From an uncultured cyanobacterium (GTDB taxonomy: Bacteria; Cyanobacteriota; Cyanobacteriia; Cyanobacteriales; Cyanobacteriaceae), in NCBI GenBank assembly GCA_963749915.1, contig CAVVOP010000008.1, forward strand, positions 384,001-448,000: 64,000 bases of DNA. Reading direction: 5' to 3'. The notes under the pieces were generated by a model. That model ran no database searches. It saw only the letters and a list, made by a program, of their open reading frames with translations, and had not been told where the DNA came from. This document shows positions 11,406 to 21,786 of the stretch, piece after piece. How positions within the stretch are numbered: the stretch's first letter is position 1; the number at the start of each line of letters is the position of its first letter. The translations under genes were made by a program, and so were the position numbers.

Positions 11406-13988
11406 TTAATTTTCCCTTGCTTCTAGTTTCGCTAAACGGCTTTGTAAGTCCTGATTTTCTTCCTTAAGTTTATCAATCGCCTGTTGTAAATCTTTGGAGG
11501 TTTTATCACGGCCCAATTTATCCCTTACTTGATTTATGGCTTCTTCCGCCCTGCGTTTAACTCTACCATCAGGGGTGGTATCCGCTAAATTGGTTAACAG
11601 AGCGATGGCTTTTGAGTCTTCTATCTGAGATAAACCCCCTATTAATGACATTTGAGTTAAAAAGAAGGTGTCTGTCACCATAGACTCGAATTTTTCGAAA
11701 ATTAGCGTTAATTTATCAGGTTTTTGACCTTTGGCGATGGCACCTAAGCAACGAATAGCCGTCAAACGTAGAGCTTGAGGAGTGCCTAATGAGGTATATT
11801 TAGCGATTATATCGGCGGCTTTTTCGCTAGTTTTCAGTTTGCTTAAGCCTTTAATGGCAGAGGATCTGATTGTTTCATTCCAACCGCTTTTTTCTGCTAA
11901 AATTCCCTCTAAAAGTCCGATAACTTCTTCTTGTTTAGCCTCTAAAGTGCCTGTTACTAATTTGCCTAACCCCTCAATGGCAGAGGATTCAACATAATAG
12001 CTGTCGTCACCGTTAATTGCTATATTTTTCAAGGCCTGATAACTAGCTGTGGTTTTATGGTGGGTTAAGGCTTCCACTATGGCACGTCTTACCCTGGCAT
12101 CATGATTGTTAATATGAGCAATTAAAGCTTGTGTAGCTTGATTTAGTTTAATTTTACCCAATTCTTTGGCTATTTCGACTTTTAAACCCCAAAACATCTC
12201 ATTTTCGAGGGCCTCTTTTAAAGCTTTTACTGCTTCTAAGTTACCTTTTTTACCCATGGCGATGGCCGCATATATTCGGGAAATAACATCAGGATCATGG
12301 GTTAACTGAGCCTTTAATTCACTAAATCCATATTCTAAGTCAACGGTTTTGAGATGATAATTACCAATATCAAAACTAATGAAATCCGGTTTTTCCCTTA
12401 AGAAGAAATAAAATACTTGTTCAGTTTGATTAACTTTAAGATAGAAAGTTTTAAATGCAGGTTTTTCATTATCTTTTATATAACCAAAACCAAGAGGTAC
12501 TTTTAAGTTAAATAAATCCTTTAATTTACCATTTTCTTCCTTCGCTTGGGTTTGTTTAACAGTCACACTAGCTAAGTTTGATTCACTATCCCAACTATAA
12601 TTAATTTTAAAATCAGGATGACCTCCTTTAAAGACGTACTGATCAAAAAGGGGACTTAAATTATGACCTGTGGATTTTTCGATCGCCCTTAATAAATCAA
12701 CAGTTTCCACCGTTTTATGGGCATTATCATTAACAAAAGTGTGGATAGCTTGATCAAACAATTCCTCCCCCAAAATGCCCCTAATCATGTGATAAACACA
12801 GGCACCTTTTTCGTATAAATGACGATCGTATAATTCAATAGCTTCTCTGTAAACGTTGGTAACTATCGGACGACGATAACGAGAAGAATCCTCCTGTAGG
12901 TAGTTACGAGCTTCTTTCAATAAGTAGTAAGCTCCATCATCACGGCTATATTCATGTTCAGTCCACAATACTTCAGCATAGGAAGCCGCACCTTCTTTAA
13001 TCCAAGCGTGACTCCAATGTTTTATTACCACTAAATCCCCGAACCATTGATGTGCTAATTCGTGGGCGACTAAACTCTCGGTATTTTGATTGTCAATAGC
13101 GGCTTTTTCGTCTAATAAACAGCGATCGGTTAATAAAGTCGTAGATGTGTTTTCCATGCCACCAAAGATAAAGTCATCGACACAAACCTGGGCATATTTG
13201 GAATAAGGATAAGGATAACCATATTTTTGACTGAAAAATTCGATCATTTTGGGGGTTTTACCCATGCTAATTTTAGCCTCATTTTCCTTTCCTTTTTCGA
13301 CATAATAATTAACGGGAATATCTTGGTATTTATCCTCAATTTCTACAAATTTACCCACAGCTAAAGTCATTAAATAGGTAGGGTGAACTTGGGGCTGTAG
13401 CCAATGATAAACTTTATTTTCTCCTAATTCTTCTATTTCAATGAGTTCACCATTAGAAACAGCAATATAATCTTTAGGCAGTTTTATTTTTATTTCTGAA
13501 GTTGCCAATTGTCCAGGATAATCGAAACAAGGAAACCAATATCTTGAGTCTTCATCTTCTCCTTGTGTCCAAACCTGGCTTGGTTTATTAGGGTAATATT
13601 CATCGGGTGCAATGAAATATAAGCCTCGTTGGGGTTTCTCTTTACTGTAGGCGATGGCAATTTTGAGGTCTTCTTCGGTGGTAGGGTGTAAAACATTAAT
13701 GGTAATAACTTCGCCGTCATACTCGAAAGGTTGACTAACACTGTCAATCAACACCGATTCAATGGTTAAATCAACGGCATCAAGACTTAATTGAGTAATA
13801 TTGTTTCTCACAGGAGTTAAAGTAATGGTACAAATGCCCGTAAAACTTTGGTTGGGAATATCTAACTCTAAATTAAGGAAAATATGTTGAACTTGTCCGT
13901 AACGATCAGGATTATAATGAGGTTTTGCACCGGGTAACTCAAAACTTTTTTTTTCTTCACCATCAAAATAATATTGCAAATGACTCAT
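11406..13988 (-). CDS. pepN: M1 aminopeptidase with C-terminal HEAT repeats
   Basis: GGMEN, HELAHQW(x18)E, YEKG; HEAT repeats and coiled-coil tail. Confidence 0.93.
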   Translation of the reverse strand: MSHLQYYFDGEEKKSFELPGAKPHYNPDRYGQVQHIFLNLELDIPNQSFTGICTITLTPVRNNITQLSLDAVDLTIESVLIDSVSQPFEYDGEVITINVLHPTTEEDLKIAIAYSKEKPQRGLYFIAPDEYYPNKPSQVWTQGEDEDSRYWFPCFDYPGQLATSEIKIKLPKDYIAVSNGELIEIEELGENKVYHWLQPQVHPTYLMTLAVGKFVEIEDKYQDIPVNYYVEKGKENEAKISMGKTPKMIEFFSQKYGYPYPYSKYAQVCVDDFIFGGMENTSTTLLTDRCLLDEKAAIDNQNTESLVAHELAHQWFGDLVVIKHWSHAWIKEGAASYAEVLWTEHEYSRDDGAYYLLKEARNYLQEDSSRYRRPIVTNVYREAIELYDRHLYEKGACVYHMIRGILGEELFDQAIHTFVNDNAHKTVETVDLLRAIEKSTGHNLSPLFDQYVFKGGHPDFKINYSWDSESNLASVTVKQTQAKEENGKLKDLFNLKVPLGFGYIKDNEKPAFKTFYLKVNQTEQVFYFFLREKPDFISFDIGNYHLKTVDLEYGFSELKAQLTHDPDVISRIYAAIAMGKKGNLEAVKALKEALENEMFWGLKVEIAKELGKIKLNQATQALIAHINNHDARVRRAIVEALTHHKTTASYQALKNIAINGDDSYYVESSAIEGLGKLVTGTLEAKQEEVIGLLEGILAEKSGWNETIRSSAIKGLSKLKTSEKAADIIAKYTSLGTPQALRLTAIRCLGAIAKGQKPDKLTLIFEKFESMVTDTFFLTQMSLIGGLSQIEDSKAIALLTNLADTTPDGRVKRRAEEAINQVRDKLGRDKTSKDLQQAIDKLKEENQDLQSRLAKLEAREN

Positions 13989-14162
13989 AATCTCAATCAA
14001 TAAACGGGGATTAACTATATTGAAGAATATGTTAACAAATTATTTTATGCTAAGCTTTCCCCTTGCGGAGGCCATGGGTAGTTCGCAAGCTAAAATCAAT
14101 AATATTTTAGTCTTATAAAAGATGATCTAAATCCATTTAAGTAAATTGGGGTGGTATTTTAA

Positions 14163-15491
14163 ATGTTACGATCAAGATTAGTACGAGAAGGGGCTGTCGG
14201 CTTATTTTTGTTATTAGGATTAATGGTATTTGGGGGAATGATATTTTTCCTGAGAGGACAGAAGTTTCAAAATACTAGTTATCAATTAAAACTACTATTT
14301 GAAAATGCTGGAGGATTGAGAGAAGGAGGTAGAGTTTTTTTTCGTGGTGTCGGCGTCGGTAGAATTGTCAAGATTAGTCCAGGCAGTAATGGGGTAGAAA
14401 TTCTCGCTGAAATTGACGGACAATTGCGCATTCCTTCCGGGGTTAAAGTTTCGACTTTACGCTCCGGATTATTAGGAGATGTTAGTGTTGATATTGCCCC
14501 TAAAAATGACCTTACCGATGAGGGGAAACAAATTAATCCTTTAAGTAAAGATTGTCCCCAACAAAATTTAATTTTATGTAATCAGGAAAGTATTAAGGCA
14601 CAGGCTAGTCCTGATTTCGTCGAAACTTTGGGTCGTTTAGCCGATCGTTTTAACGATGATAAACTATTTAACAATGTTAATTCTGCCGTTGTCAGTATGA
14701 GCAGTGCCGGTCAAAAAGTATCGAAATTAACAGATAATCTCTCTGAGTTGACCACACAGGTAAAACAAGATCTTGGTAAAGTTTCCACGGCAGCGGAAAA
14801 AATAGGTAATTCCTCTGATGCTGTCAGTACTACGGCGAAGTCCTTTGCCCGTACTGCTGATGTTACTACCAAACGAGTTGAAAGTTTGGCCGATGATTAT
14901 AGTGCTATTCCCACTCAAATCACTTCTCTGACAGAGAATATGAATATGTTAATCAATGAAAATAAATCGAACCTCAGCACGGGGATCTCCAGTTTAAGCC
15001 AAGCCGCCCAGGAAATTAGTCAACTAGCAAAAAATACTGATCAATTAGTCACCAAAGTTAATCCCACAGATGTAGCCAAAATCTCGAAAAACTTTGAAAC
15101 CAGCAGTCAAAATCTGACACAAATTAGTAAAAACTTGTTAGCTATTTCCGAAGAATTAAATAATCCGACGAACCTCGTCACCCTACAACAAACCTTAGAT
15201 TCCGCTAGAGTTACCTTTGCCAATACTGCCAAGATTACTTCCGAAATTGAGGAATTTACGGGCGATCCCGAATTTAGACGTAATTTAAAAAGATTGGTGA
15301 ACGGATTAAGTAATTTAGTTGCTTATACTGACTTATTAGAAAAACAAGTGGAATTAGCCACATTATTAGAAGAAGTCGATAAAGTTACTGCCGAAAATTC
15401 CCCCACTGTATCCCCGCCAAAAACCGTAAAGTTAGATATTACAAAAAAACAATTTCCCGCCGCAATCTATATTGATCCTGATCAAGATTAA
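14163..15491 (+). CDS. mlaD: MlaD/MCE family lipid transport protein (Ycf22/TGD2-like)
   Basis: REGAVGL + TM helix, FENAGGL..G..V.FRGV.VG MCE motif, long helical tail. Confidence 0.88.
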   Translation: MLRSRLVREGAVGLFLLLGLMVFGGMIFFLRGQKFQNTSYQLKLLFENAGGLREGGRVFFRGVGVGRIVKISPGSNGVEILAEIDGQLRIPSGVKVSTLRSGLLGDVSVDIAPKNDLTDEGKQINPLSKDCPQQNLILCNQESIKAQASPDFVETLGRLADRFNDDKLFNNVNSAVVSMSSAGQKVSKLTDNLSELTTQVKQDLGKVSTAAEKIGNSSDAVSTTAKSFARTADVTTKRVESLADDYSAIPTQITSLTENMNMLINENKSNLSTGISSLSQAAQEISQLAKNTDQLVTKVNPTDVAKISKNFETSSQNLTQISKNLLAISEELNNPTNLVTLQQTLDSARVTFANTAKITSEIEEFTGDPEFRRNLKRLVNGLSNLVAYTDLLEKQVELATLLEEVDKVTAENSPTVSPPKTVKLDITKKQFPAAIYIDPDQD

Positions 15492-15644
15492 GATATAAAT
15501 ATAAATATTTTGGTGAGGGTGAGACAAAGAAGTTTAGAGGACAGGGATTTGAGGGACTTTTTTAAAAATTTAGTTTTAGAAAGTGACAGATTAAGTTAAT
15601 CTTTTTTAGGGAATGAAAAATTAACATTTATAAATGGAAAAATT

Positions 15645-16094
15645 ATGGAACGTACTTTCTTAATGGTTAAACCTGATGGTGTGCAACGTAACCTAGTAGG
15701 TGAAGTGATCAAACGTCTAGAAAACAAAGGTTTTACCCTCGTTGGTTTAAAATTAATGTCCGTTTCTCGTGAATTAGCCGAGCAACATTATGACGTACAT
15801 AGGGAAAGACCATTTTTCGCAGGCTTAGTGGATTTTATCATTTCTTCTCCCGTAGTAGCTATGGTTTGGGAAGGAGAAGGGGTTGTCACTTCTGCCCGTA
15901 AAATCATCGGTGCAACGGATCCTTTAGCGGCAGAACCCGGTACTATTAGAGGAGATTTTGGTGTTAGTATTGGACGTAATCTTATTCATGGTTCCGATGC
16001 TATTGAAACTGCTCAAAGAGAGATTGCTTTATGGTTTAAAGAAGATGACCTTGTTTCTTGGGAAAATATCATCAAGCCTTGGTTATTGGAATAA
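15645..16094 (+). CDS. ndk: Nucleoside diphosphate kinase
   Basis: [30 protein letters not shown]. Confidence 0.98.
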   Translation: MERTFLMVKPDGVQRNLVGEVIKRLENKGFTLVGLKLMSVSRELAEQHYDVHRERPFFAGLVDFIISSPVVAMVWEGEGVVTSARKIIGATDPLAAEPGTIRGDFGVSIGRNLIHGSDAIETAQREIALWFKEDDLVSWENIIKPWLLE

Positions 16095-16146
16095 TTAGCC
16101 ATTGGAAATTAAGAAAAATATAGGGGTGGGTTTTTCTCGCCCTGGC

Positions 16147-16441
16147 CTGGTTCTAACGGATTTTGTGGTCATTAGAAATCAAGGGCGATCGCCGACACTG
16201 CAATACTTTCACGGCACGAAAGAATCAGCTCGACTCTATGTACCCTCGATGGCACTGGTGTGGAATTTTCATCCCTATTCTTCAAGAACTTGCTCATCAG
16301 ACTCTGAGCGGATTTCACCCTTTAAAGACCTCAATGGATTTCAATACCATCACAACTGGCTGCACAATTTGCTAATTGCCAGTTCGATGAATGGTCGAAG
16401 ACCCCTAAAAACTGGTTGACCACAAAATCCGTTAGAACCAG
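16147..16441 (+). mobile_element. 295-bp MITE-like internally deleted IS, copy 1
   Basis: 25-bp terminal inverted repeats CTGGTTCTAACGGATTTTGTGGTCA; near-identical inverted copy at 22901-23195. Confidence 0.9.
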
Positions 16442-16715
16442 AATCGAAAACTAATAGTACCACGAAGGAAGTTCTGGAAGTCTTACGAGGATGCTGGAAG
16501 CATACATCTGTATCCGTAGAATCAGTGTAGGTAGTTCACCATGTTGACTGTAATGGAGATATAATTTATTTATGTTCATTTGTCTCCCAAATATGTTTCT
16601 TAAGGGTATTACCCATTGTTAATAAATCCTTGTCAATGTATGATAATACCATGGTCGCAGTTTTTGAGTTTTATTCTACATGTAAAGAGGATATCCAATA
16701 TTCTCAACACCATTC

Positions 16716-17519
16716 ATGATACATAGGCACATTAGTCCAGATAGCGCACTCGGTTTAGTTTCTACACTCAGTTTTCCTGCCATTGTTGGTACTGCTGACA
16801 TGATGCTCAAGTCAGCGGAAGTGTTGCTAGTGGGTTACGAGAAAATTGGTGCTGGTCATTGTACTGCAATTGTGAGAGGAAAGATCGCTGATGTGCGCTT
16901 GGCGGTGGAAGAAGGTGCAAAAATGGCGGAACAAATAGGACAATTGCACACTAAATTAGTGATTGCACGTCCCATGCCTAACTTAGAGGCAATATTTCCC
17001 ATTGGTAGCCGTTTAGTAGAAATAGCCCAACAGAAAAGAGGCTATAGTAAATTAAGTAATAGATCCATAGGTTTAATAGAAACTAGAGGATTTCCGGCCA
17101 TGGTCGGTGCGGCGGATGCGATGTTAAAATCTGCAGATGTACAATTGGCCTCCTATGAAACCATCGGTGCGGGTTTATGTACCGCTATAATTCGAGGTTC
17201 AGTTGCCAATGTAGCGGTGGCAATTGAGGCAGGAATGGCAGAAGCAGAAAGAATTGGGCAATTAAATGCAGTGATGATTATTCCTCGTTTGCTGGAAGAT
17301 TTAGAACACACTTTGCCTGTGGCTAGTTACTGGTTAGATGAACAATCGAAACAACCGTTACCGATATTTACAACTCAACAACGCCGTAAATTAATTGCCT
17401 TACCGGAATTAGAAAAAGTACCTTTAACTTTTGAGACGAGAGAAAAAGTACAACAAAAGGCAGAATTAGAATCGACATTAGAATTACCGGAACAAATCGA
17501 AATAGACGAAAGTGAGTAG
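16716..17519 (+). CDS. ccmO: Tandem BMC-domain carboxysome shell protein CcmO
   Basis: Two BMC domains (ALGLVSTLSFPAIVGTADMMLKSA; IGLIETRGFPAMVGAADAMLKSA). Confidence 0.9.
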   Translation: MIHRHISPDSALGLVSTLSFPAIVGTADMMLKSAEVLLVGYEKIGAGHCTAIVRGKIADVRLAVEEGAKMAEQIGQLHTKLVIARPMPNLEAIFPIGSRLVEIAQQKRGYSKLSNRSIGLIETRGFPAMVGAADAMLKSADVQLASYETIGAGLCTAIIRGSVANVAVAIEAGMAEAERIGQLNAVMIIPRLLEDLEHTLPVASYWLDEQSKQPLPIFTTQQRRKLIALPELEKVPLTFETREKVQQKAELESTLELPEQIEIDESE

Positions 17520-17643
17520 TCATGAAAAATTGGCAAGAGACATTCCCAAAAACTTAAAACTTATTTATAATAAGCATTTTAGCTATTTCTGTTCAAGGAA
17601 AGACAATTATTAATTATTTATTCTTCATCATTTATTATTCATC

Positions 17644-19110
17644 ATGTTTTTAAAATCCATCGCCAATAAATGGCAACCTATAATCAAAGAATTAGAAGCA
17701 ATTTTAGGTAAAAATGCTGTAGTTAAACGTAAAGACGAACTTTTGACCTACGAATGCGATGGTTTAACTCAATATCGTCAACGTCCTCTATTAGTAACCT
17801 TGCCGAAAACTACCGAAGAAGTGGCAGAAATTGTGAGAATCTGTAATAAACACGAAATTAAATGGGTTGCTAGAGGGGCGGGTACAGGTTTATCAGGGGG
17901 TGCGTTACCTGTGGAAGACTGTCTTTTAATAGTTACTGCCAGAATGCGTCAAATTTTGGATATTGACTATGAAAATCAGAGAATAGTAGTGCAACCCGGC
18001 ATTATTAACAATTGGGTGACACAAGCCGTTAGTGGTGCCGGGTTTTATTATGCACCTGATCCCTCTAGTCAGATAATATGCTCTATTGGCGGTAACGTGG
18101 CGGAAAATTCTGGAGGTGTACACTGTCTTAAATATGGGACAACGACTAATCACGTTTTAGGCTTAACTATCGTCACCGCTGAGGGGGATATATTAAAAAT
18201 AGGCGGTAAAGTGCCAGAAATGCCTGGATTTGACCTTACAGGTTTATTTGTAGGCTCTGAGGGGACTTTAGGCATCGCTACAGAGATAACCTTAAAAATC
18301 CTCAAAACCCCCGATTCTATCTGTGTTGTCTTAGCAGATTTTAACAGTATTGAGGAGGCAGGCAGTGCTGTTGCCGAGATTATTCGGGCGGGTATTATTC
18401 CTGCGGGGATGGAAATAATGGACAATTTGAGTATCAACGCCGTGGAAGATGTGGTGGCTACCCATTGTTATCCTCGAGATGCCCAAGGCATTTTATTAGT
18501 AGAATTGGACGGTTTACAGGTAGAAGTGAAAACCAACAAGAAAAAAGTTGATGCCATTTGTCGGGATTGTGGTGCTAGAAGCGTTACCTCTGCCAATGAT
18601 GCACCTACTCGCTTAAAACTGTGGAAGGGTAGAAAGGCGGCCTTTGCGGCCATGGGAAGGATTAGCCCTGATTATTTTGTCCAAGATGGGGTTGTGCCTC
18701 GCTCAAAATTATCCCAGGTTTTAGCAGAAATCAATGCTTTAGGGGAACAATATGGCTATCATATCGCCAACGTTTTTCATGCTGGGGATGGTAACTTACA
18801 CCCTCTGATTTTATATGATAATGCCATCGAGGGTTCATTTGAGAAGGTGGAAGAATTAGGAGGCGAAATCTTGAAACTATGCGTGAAAGTAGGCGGTAGT
18901 ATCTCCGGTGAACATGGTATCGGTAGCGATAAAAAATGCTACATGGCGGATATGTTTACGGAAACAGATTTAGAAACTATGCAATATGTAAGGAGTAGTT
19001 TCAATCCCAAGGGTTTGGCAAATCCCGACAAAATTTTTCCAACTCCGCGTACCTGTGGAGAGGCAGCAAATGCAAAACAAATTGAATATAAAGGTGCACA
19101 GGCATTTTAA
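17644..19110 (+). CDS. glcD: Glycolate oxidase subunit GlcD
   Basis: RGAGTGLSGG, PDPSSQ, HCLKYG, HAGDGNLHP, GEHGIG. Confidence 0.93.
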   Translation: MFLKSIANKWQPIIKELEAILGKNAVVKRKDELLTYECDGLTQYRQRPLLVTLPKTTEEVAEIVRICNKHEIKWVARGAGTGLSGGALPVEDCLLIVTARMRQILDIDYENQRIVVQPGIINNWVTQAVSGAGFYYAPDPSSQIICSIGGNVAENSGGVHCLKYGTTTNHVLGLTIVTAEGDILKIGGKVPEMPGFDLTGLFVGSEGTLGIATEITLKILKTPDSICVVLADFNSIEEAGSAVAEIIRAGIIPAGMEIMDNLSINAVEDVVATHCYPRDAQGILLVELDGLQVEVKTNKKKVDAICRDCGARSVTSANDAPTRLKLWKGRKAAFAAMGRISPDYFVQDGVVPRSKLSQVLAEINALGEQYGYHIANVFHAGDGNLHPLILYDNAIEGSFEKVEELGGEILKLCVKVGGSISGEHGIGSDKKCYMADMFTETDLETMQYVRSSFNPKGLANPDKIFPTPRTCGEAANAKQIEYKGAQAF

Positions 19111-19305
19111 ACCAGATCAAGAGGACAGATTTTTTCTCAAAACTTATTTTTCTTGCCATCTAAGGTCTCAAATAGAGTAAAAAACAACAAATAAACTACT
19201 CTCCAACTTTAATTGACCGAGAGTTTGTTCATAAACCCTCACCGATTTTTGGTCAAAAACCGATTACTTTGGGACATAAATATTCAGTTTTAACTTATTT
19301 AACTC

Positions 19306-19860
19306 CTGACTTTTCACGGTATCTTTTCCCTGAGAAAGGGTTTGGGTGTTAGGGGTTGGGTGATAGGGAAAATTCAGTTTTTGTTTTCGAGGGCACGAAT
19401 CAATGCTGATAATAATCTTCCGAGGGATTCACATCTATTTAAAAGAGAATCAATGACTTTCCCCTCTCCTAACTTTACCCTTTTCGACAATAAAAGATGA
19501 GTTTCTAATTCTTTAAGAGAGCCTTGTGCTATGTATAAAAACTGTATATATTCTTTTCGGGTTTTTCGACCATGCCCCTCAGCGACATTGGCGGGAATAG
19601 AGGCTGATGCTCGACGAATCTGAGAAATTAACCCGTAAAGTTCTTCTTTGGGGAAATTGCGAGTAACTAAGTAGCATTCTTCTGCTAAATCCATGCCTGT
19701 TTGCCAAACCTTTAAGTCTCTATAGGATTGTATTCCCATCAGTTTCTAAGTGTTTTTTTTGACTGTTCAACTATTAAAGCTTATCCTCAATCCCTAATCC
19801 TAACACCCAACCCCTAACACCTAACACCTGTCAACCGAAAAAGATGCCGTGAAAAGTTAG
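19306..19860. mobile_element. 555-bp non-autonomous transposon carrying a four-helix-bundle gene
   Basis: TIRs CTGACTTTTCACGGTATCTTTT / CTAACTTTTCACGGCATCTTTT (20/22); 9-bp direct repeat ATTTAACTC at 19297-19305 and 19861-19869. Confidence 0.88.
19374..19739 (-). CDS. Four helix bundle protein (23S rRNA IVS protein family)
   Basis: YRDLKVWQ, FPKEELYGLISQIRRASASIPANVAEG, IAQGSLKELETHL. Confidence 0.93.
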   Translation of the reverse strand: MGIQSYRDLKVWQTGMDLAEECYLVTRNFPKEELYGLISQIRRASASIPANVAEGHGRKTRKEYIQFLYIAQGSLKELETHLLLSKRVKLGEGKVIDSLLNRCESLGRLLSALIRALENKN

Positions 19861-19882
19861 ATTTAACTCATGATGAAAAAAT

Positions 19883-20205
19883 TCAACATAATTGGTCAAT
19901 TGGCACTTCTTCACCTTCACCCAAAGTCCAGGCAATTAGATAAGCTTCTTTTTCACCATCGATAATTTTGCTTCGACGATTCTTTTGCTCTCTTCTAGTT
20001 AAAGCTGATTCAATCCCTGATTCGACAAATCTTTGCCGCACTCTCTCAATTGTTGCTTGACTAACATTTAAGGCTTCACTGATTTTTAGATCTGTCCAAC
20101 CGCCTTCTGGTTGATTGACATCTGCTAACAATAGTATTCTGGCATGCTTCATTTTGGAAGCTGCTATTTTTCCTTTCTTAGTTAACTGTTCAAGTTCAGC
20201 TCTTT
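19883..20205 (-). pseudogene. IS630-family transposase N-terminal HTH fragment
   Basis: HARILLLAD, WTD..I.EAL.VS..TIERVRQRFVE; no DDE domain follows. Confidence 0.8.
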
Positions 20206-20276
20206 TGTGTGATTGATAATTACTAATGGCTTATTCTATATTATTGTTATGTTAAGTTTATTGAAAATCATTACTG

Positions 20277-21323
20277 ATGGGACAGTTAGACGTTAAACCG
20301 AATATACGCACCTGCGGCATAAACCTTAATCACTGGTATGTGGTAGCTAGTAGCGATGAACTGAAAAATAAGCCTCTTGGATTTACTTTATGGCATAGAA
20401 CTATTGTAGTTTTCCGTAATGACAACGGAGAAATTCGGGCTTTAGAAGATCGCTGTCCCCATCGTCAGGTAAAATTAAGTGATGGTCAAGTGAGGGGTAA
20501 TGATTTAGAATGCGCTTATCATGGTTGGCGTTTTGATGGCAATGGTAAATGCTCTTTTGTCCCTTACTTAACTCAGAAGCAAAAGTTACCTAATTGTCAG
20601 TTGAGGCGTTACCCGGTTAAAGAATTTGATGGTTTTATATGGCTATTTCCAGGAGATGGTGATAGCGAAAAGACTAAACCGATGGGGTTGCCAGAATGGA
20701 AACATTTAAACTATATTGGTAGCATGACGACCATTGATTGTCCGGGGCATTTTTCTTTCCTCATCGAAAATTTAATGGATATGTATCATGGGCATTTACA
20801 CGATAATTATCAAGCATGGGCCGAGGCTTCTCTACAGAAAATTACAATAAACGATCATCGAGTAGACGTTTTGTATGAAGCTCAAAGTTACTACAACATC
20901 GACAAAATTTGGTCAATTTCTCAGTTATTTTTTCCTGCATTACGCCGTTTACATCCCGAACCTTTAACAGTAAGTTATGTTTACCCTCACTGGAGTTCCA
21001 CTTTAGGTAAGGATTTTAAAATTTACTGTCTTTTTTGCCCCATCAATGAAACCACAACCAAGGCTTATTTGGTACACTTTACATCTTTAGAGGCTTTTTG
21101 GCGTTTACATAAGTTACCTGTTACTTTTCGTCGTTTCGTGAAAAATAGTCTTTTTGGCACTGCTAAAGGATTATTAGATGGTTTAGTGCGCCAAGATGTG
21201 GCTATGATAAAACAAGAACAAGAGGCTTTTTCAGCTAATCCTTTTCATCGTACTTATGAACTAAATCCGGCGATCGCCAAAGTGCAAGAATTAATTTTCC
21301 ATGAAGCCACCATAAATAGTTAA
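20277..21323 (+). CDS. Rieske non-heme iron oxygenase alpha subunit
   Basis: CPHR...CAYHGW Rieske motif; ENLMDMYHGHLH iron site. Confidence 0.92.
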   Translation: MGQLDVKPNIRTCGINLNHWYVVASSDELKNKPLGFTLWHRTIVVFRNDNGEIRALEDRCPHRQVKLSDGQVRGNDLECAYHGWRFDGNGKCSFVPYLTQKQKLPNCQLRRYPVKEFDGFIWLFPGDGDSEKTKPMGLPEWKHLNYIGSMTTIDCPGHFSFLIENLMDMYHGHLHDNYQAWAEASLQKITINDHRVDVLYEAQSYYNIDKIWSISQLFFPALRRLHPEPLTVSYVYPHWSSTLGKDFKIYCLFCPINETTTKAYLVHFTSLEAFWRLHKLPVTFRRFVKNSLFGTAKGLLDGLVRQDVAMIKQEQEAFSANPFHRTYELNPAIAKVQELIFHEATINS

Positions 21324-21356
21324 TTGATCCAAAAATTATGACTCTTCCAGAATTAG

Positions 21357-21548
21357 CTAGGAAGTAGAAAAAATACTGAGGCAACTGAGTACAGTTTCCA
21401 AATAGCGATTATCCCAACCTGCCTTAAGCCGTTTGTTCTCTATGCCAACCTTCGTTTTCTTTTCTTGGGACAGAAGATTCACTACCATATGGCGAATGAC
21501 AGCCATATTTTCTGCACTATATCCCTGACATCCTCTTCGAGCATCTTG
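21357..21548 (-). pseudogene. ISAs1-family transposase C-terminal fragment
   Basis: Manual translation QDARRGCQGYSAENMAVIRHMVVNLL...KRLKAGWDNRYL. Confidence 0.8.
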
Positions 21549-21786
21549 CTATCGGGTCTTTAATTTGGCTGAAGTGGTACTCAATTAATGCTGTTGGTGA
21601 TGAAGGAGTGGCTGTTTAGTCCCCACTCATGACCGCCAAAAAGATCCCGTGAAAACTAAGGCTAAGGTTGGGGTCAGAAAAACTTAATGAATCGAGGTGC
21701 CCTTTAATTATATTGTTACTTATACTCCAAAAAACAGATTAATTTTAATTCAGAATTGACCGAAATAAATTAGCAAGTCAAAAAGT

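Noticed and set aside
16102..16419. ORFs over the 295-bp elements (also 22923-23198)
   Set aside because: Start codons lie in flanking DNA or the TIR; only a remnant of the parent gene
19374..19739. Four-helix bundle as Avd of a diversity-generating retroelement
   Set aside because: No reverse transcriptase or TR/VR repeat pair seen in the window
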